Part shown: positions 57,112 through 60,484 of the stretch, piece by piece
How positions within the stretch are numbered: the first letter of the stretch is position 1
How the letters are laid out: every line of letters starts with the position of its first letter
DNA from: an uncultured Bacteroidaceae bacterium
GTDB lineage: Bacteria > Bacillota > Clostridia > Christensenellales > CAG-917
Direction of reading: 5' to 3'
NCBI GenBank assembly: GCA_964592815.1
Contig: CAZQGE010000002.1
Coordinates: forward strand, 1-60,484
DNA: 60,484 nucleotides
Notes under the pieces: model-generated
Seen by the model: only the letters and a program-made list of their open reading frames with translations
Told to the model about the DNA's origin: nothing
The model's database searches: none
Program-made: the position numbers and the translations under genes

Positions 57112-58686
57112 TTAAAACGCTCCGTAAATCGGGTCTGCTGGCACGTAACTTGCGCCGTAGGCACCCAGCATAACTATTGTTAAAATTAAGAATAGCAAGA
57201 CAAAATAATTTGTCCATACGCTTTGCTTTGCTATTGCTCCAAAAACGTCTATTCTTTTGTAGGATACAAAGTTCTCTGCAAAAATTATAAGCGTGCCTAT
57301 TGAAAGCAAAACTATGTCAAAAACATCTATAACGTTTGCGCTTATCCATCCTGCGTTTCCTGCCTCAAATATCGACTTAAAAATAAGCCCGAATTCCGTA
57401 AGATTTTTTGCTCTAAACAAAAGCATTCCGATGCTCATTAAAATAAAAGTTCGCAAAATTCTAAAAATTCTTAATGCGGTTGCGTCATAAGAAATCTTCG
57501 TTTTTTCACAAACTTTCTTTTCTAACGGCTCAAGACACAGCCCGAGTATCATTAAAACAAAGTAATAAAGTCCGTAAACAACGTATTTCCATCTTGCGCC
57601 GTGCCATAAACCTGTCAAAAACCAAACAGGTAGAAGAGCAAGAGCGGTTGGAATAAACGTTTGCAAAAAAACAAGAGATTTGTCACGAAGTTTTTTGCTT
57701 AACGACAGCATAGGCTTTGACATTGACGCTGAAAAGAAGATGTAATCTCTGAACCAAGTTCCAAGCGAAATATGCCATCTGCGCCAAAACTCGCTTATGG
57801 TTTGCGACAAAAAAGGACCTTCAAAGTTGTTTGCAAGGTTTACGCCAAACACTTTGCTTACTCCTTTTGCGATGTTTACGTAACCTGAAAATTCGGCGTA
57901 GAGTTGAATTGTAAACATAAATATTCCAAGCAATATAAAACCATTGCCGTACGTTGAACTGTTTTTGAAAATCTCATTTGAAATGATTGCGGCACGGTTT
58001 GCAATAAATATAATTTTCAAAATCCCCCAAGTGAATTCTAAAATTCCAGTTCTGACATTTTGGGAATTATATTCGTTTCCATTATAAAGTTGATTTGCAA
58101 GTTGGTCATACCGCCCGAATGGTCCTTCAAAAAGCTGTGGAAAATAACCAATAAACAAAGCTATTCTCAAAAAGTTTGTGTCGCCTTGATATTTTCCGCG
58201 ATAAACGTCCAAAATGTAACCTATTGATTGCAAAGAATAATAGGAAATGCCTATAGGTAGGGCAAGTTTTAATACGGGAGATGCAAGTTTAAGCCCAAAT
58301 AATCCAAAAAAACCGACAAATGAATGCACCATCATATTAAAATATTTGAGAATAAACAAACATAACAATATGAAGAATACTCCAAAGAATACGCACCACA
58401 TTTTTTGCTTTTTAGCAATCAATTTTAACGGCTTTATCTCCTCTTTGGTCAATCCGACTTTTTTGGCTTGAAAATTTTGATTGACTTTGTTTATCATCAA
58501 TCCAGAACAATAAGTTATTACTATATCGAAAATTAGGAAAAGAGACATATAGGTACTGAATATTGCAACGCCGACAACGCTGAAAACAAAAAGCACTATG
58601 TATCTTTTTTTTACGGGAACGATATAATAAATTAGAAATGCTAGAATTATAAAAGCGAGTGAAATTCCAAGAATTTTATAATTCAT
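57112..58686 (-). CDS. MBOAT-family membrane O-acyltransferase (AlgI/DltB-like).
   Basis: 524 aa polytopic protein. FWRRWHISLGTWFRDYIF signature with the catalytic His. Confidence 0.88.
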   Translation of the reverse strand: MNYKILGISLAFIILAFLIYYIVPVKKRYIVLFVFSVVGVAIFSTYMSLFLIFDIVITYCSGLMINKVNQNFQAKKVGLTKEEIKPLKLIAKKQKMWCVFFGVFFILLCLFILKYFNMMVHSFVGFFGLFGLKLASPVLKLALPIGISYYSLQSIGYILDVYRGKYQGDTNFLRIALFIGYFPQLFEGPFGRYDQLANQLYNGNEYNSQNVRTGILEFTWGILKIIFIANRAAIISNEIFKNSSTYGNGFILLGIFMFTIQLYAEFSGYVNIAKGVSKVFGVNLANNFEGPFLSQTISEFWRRWHISLGTWFRDYIFFSASMSKPMLSLSKKLRDKSLVFLQTFIPTALALLPVWFLTGLWHGARWKYVVYGLYYFVLMILGLCLEPLEKKVCEKTKISYDATALRIFRILRTFILMSIGMLLFRAKNLTEFGLIFKSIFEAGNAGWISANVIDVFDIVLLSIGTLIIFAENFVSYKRIDVFGAIAKQSVWTNYFVLLFLILTIVMLGAYGASYVPADPIYGAF

Positions 58687-58691
58687 TACTA

Positions 58692-58916
58692 TCAGTCCTC
58701 ACATTTTTCAATAAGTTGCATAATCGTTTTGGCATTTTTGAAATTTTCAGGAACTAATTCAACGGGTGAAATTTCGATTTCATAGTCGCAACATATTTCC
58801 ATTACCAACGACACGATGTCGATTGATGACAAAACCTTTTTTTCAATTAGGTCGTCAGCTGTCGTAAAATCTACACCTGGCTTGATTTTGTTCAAGATTT
58901 TCATAAGTTTGTCCAT
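58692..58916 (-). CDS. Acyl/peptidyl carrier protein (DltC-like).
   Basis: 74 aa, acidic. Candidate phosphopantetheine Ser in VLSSIDIVSLVMEI. Confidence 0.75.
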   Translation of the reverse strand: MDKLMKILNKIKPGVDFTTADDLIEKKVLSSIDIVSLVMEICCDYEIEISPVELVPENFKNAKTIMQLIEKCED

Positions 58917-58926
58917 TTTTTTTCTC

Positions 58927-60411
58927 CTATATGAAATACTTATCTGCTAAAAATTTTCTGTCAATTTTACCATTTTGATTTATTGGCAATGCGCTTAAAC
59001 AAAAAACTTTGTTGGGTATCATATATTCTGGTAATTTTATTTTTGCTTGTGCAATCAGTTCAGCCTCGTTCAGTTTTCCGCTGTAAACGAACACAATACT
59101 ATCTTTATCTTTGTCGAATAAACACGCACACATATCCACGCCGTCCAAAGCGTTAAGATTTTTTTCAATTTCGCTAAGTTCGATACGGTAACCCAAATGC
59201 TTTATTTGAAAGTCTTTGCGTCCTGCATATTCAAGTTCTCCGTAACTGTTAAAATAAGCCAAATCTCCCGTTTTGTATAAGAAATCCCCGCTTTTATTTG
59301 GATTGGGAACAAAAACTTCTCTTGTTTTTTCTTCATCGCCATAGTAACCAACCGCAACAATTTTTCCTTCAACAAAAATCTCACCAAGCGTGTTGCGTTG
59401 AGTTACAAGGTTTCCGTCATTGTCTATGAGCATAAGGTTGCAACAAGAACACGTTTTTCCTATTGGTAGGTTTTGATTATCGCTAAAATCTCGGTTTATT
59501 ACATAAAAAGCGCAAATATCTGTTGTTTCAGTTGGGCCAAACAGGTTTGCGTAAAGGGCGTTTGGTAAAAAATTTCGCCAATAATTCAAAATTTTGACTG
59601 GCATAATTTCGCCTGCAAAAAGAACCTTTTCAACATAATTTAGGTTTGCATATTTAAGTAAATTCAGTTTTGAAACTATCGCGTACGCAGATGGAACCCA
59701 ATAAATGGTATTTACTTTTCTTGAATTGCAAAATTCGACTAATTTTATTGGAAATGAAAAATATAATTTTGGAATTATTTCGTATGTTGCGCCAGAATAC
59801 AGACTTGCGTAAAAATCGGATACGGACATACTGAAGTAAAAAGGAGTTTGACTTCCAAAAACTGTGTCTTTTGAAATTTTGAATTCTGAAACAAACCATT
59901 CTATGTATGTTATTACATTGGAGTGAGTAATCATTGTTCCTTTTGGCGCGCCAGTCGAACCTGAAGTAAACAAAACGTAGGCTAAGTCATTACTTTTAAT
60001 AATTGGTTTTGCAATTTGAATTTCGCAAGTTTTTGCATCTTCAATAAGAATTAAATTTTCGCAAAGATTTTTTGCTGTATCCAAATATTTCTGTTCTGTA
60101 ATTATCGCCTCAAGCGACAGCACGTCACAAATTTTTTTAAGGCGTTCAAAAGGGGAGTCCGCATCAAGCACAACGTAATAATTTCCACTTTTCATAATCC
60201 CTAGCATAGCTACGGGAACATTTACGTTTCTATCCAATAGAATTGCAATGGCGCAATTTTTGTTAACAGTCTGATTTAGTATTGCGTTTGCAACATTCTC
60301 GCTTAGATTGTCAGTTTCAAAAAAAGTTATGGATGAATTGACATCCTCTAAAAATACTTTTTTAGGTATAGACGTAGCATTATTTTTTAGGAGTTCTATC
60401 AAATTTCTCAT
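58927..60411 (-). CDS. Adenylate-forming enzyme (DltA-like carrier-protein ligase); substrate unknown.
   Basis: LAYVLFTSGSTGAPKGTMITHSN (A3), YKTGDLAYF (A8-like), GRKDFQIKHLGYRIELSEIE, PINQNGKIDRK (A10). Confidence 0.88.
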   Translation of the reverse strand: MRNLIELLKNNATSIPKKVFLEDVNSSITFFETDNLSENVANAILNQTVNKNCAIAILLDRNVNVPVAMLGIMKSGNYYVVLDADSPFERLKKICDVLSLEAIITEQKYLDTAKNLCENLILIEDAKTCEIQIAKPIIKSNDLAYVLFTSGSTGAPKGTMITHSNVITYIEWFVSEFKISKDTVFGSQTPFYFSMSVSDFYASLYSGATYEIIPKLYFSFPIKLVEFCNSRKVNTIYWVPSAYAIVSKLNLLKYANLNYVEKVLFAGEIMPVKILNYWRNFLPNALYANLFGPTETTDICAFYVINRDFSDNQNLPIGKTCSCCNLMLIDNDGNLVTQRNTLGEIFVEGKIVAVGYYGDEEKTREVFVPNPNKSGDFLYKTGDLAYFNSYGELEYAGRKDFQIKHLGYRIELSEIEKNLNALDGVDMCACLFDKDKDSIVFVYSGKLNEAELIAQAKIKLPEYMIPNKVFCLSALPINQNGKIDRKFLADKYFI

Positions 60412-60484
60412 TTAATTGCCTATCTTTTGTTTTTTTACTTATTGATACATTTTAGCATATCTGTTTTATTAAAAAAACTTGATT

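Noticed and set aside
1-60484. CRISPR arrays, tRNA/rRNA genes, transposases, integrases, prophage or toxin-antitoxin modules.
   Set aside because: Intergenic regions were read on both strands. There are no spaced direct repeats, no cloverleaf-like GC-rich segments, and no ORF with recombinase, transposase or phage motifs. The direct repeats seen at 21990-22020 and 39825-39843 are short AT-rich duplications.
1-60484. Alternative genetic code (UGA=Trp, as in Mollicutes), given the low GC.
   Set aside because: All conserved genes are intact under the standard code, and TGA is used as a genuine stop (for example the rpmJ C-terminal frame and the DUF1858 gene).

Overview
AT-rich, Firmicutes/Clostridia-like chromosomal segment, standard genetic code, with spmA/spmB present. 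Four blocks. (1) 1-17605: one ORF open to the 5' window edge, with at least 5,867 codons visible. It encodes a Cys-poor, Tyr/Asn/Lys-rich giant protein made of seven divergent super-repeats of about 470-580 aa, followed by an array of at least 12 Ig-like 'LP-x-x-V ... W' modules. I see no C-terminal anchor and recognise no named family for the super-repeat; this is the best candidate for something undescribed. (2) 17.7-29 kb: an AEC-type permease; a tight four-gene operon (SPFH/YdjI-like protein with three zinc ribbons, YdjG-like zinc-ribbon membrane protein, DUF1858-like protein, XRE-cupin regulator); spmBA; metG-tatD-radical SAM-rsmA; and a hypothetical protein. (3) 29.2-44.9 kb: a complete S10-spc-alpha ribosomal superoperon (rpsJ to rplQ, including secY, adk, map, infA, rpoA). 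Notable points are an rpmJ (L36) whose frame is broken by one nucleotide, a Cys4 L24 with a Lys/Ala tail, an extended L5 and an enlarged L17. (4) 45-60.5 kb: ttcA, a membrane protein, fba, an M29 aminopeptidase, gap and an Fe-ADH; a two-subunit aconitase-X (AcnX) pair divergent from an FGGY kinase, with a perfect 20-bp palindrome between them; and a Dlt-like operon in non-canonical order (adenylase, carrier protein, MBOAT, SGNH). By eye I found no rRNA, tRNA, CRISPR array, transposase, integrase or prophage genes. All family calls rest on recognisable motifs and gene order. No database search was run.
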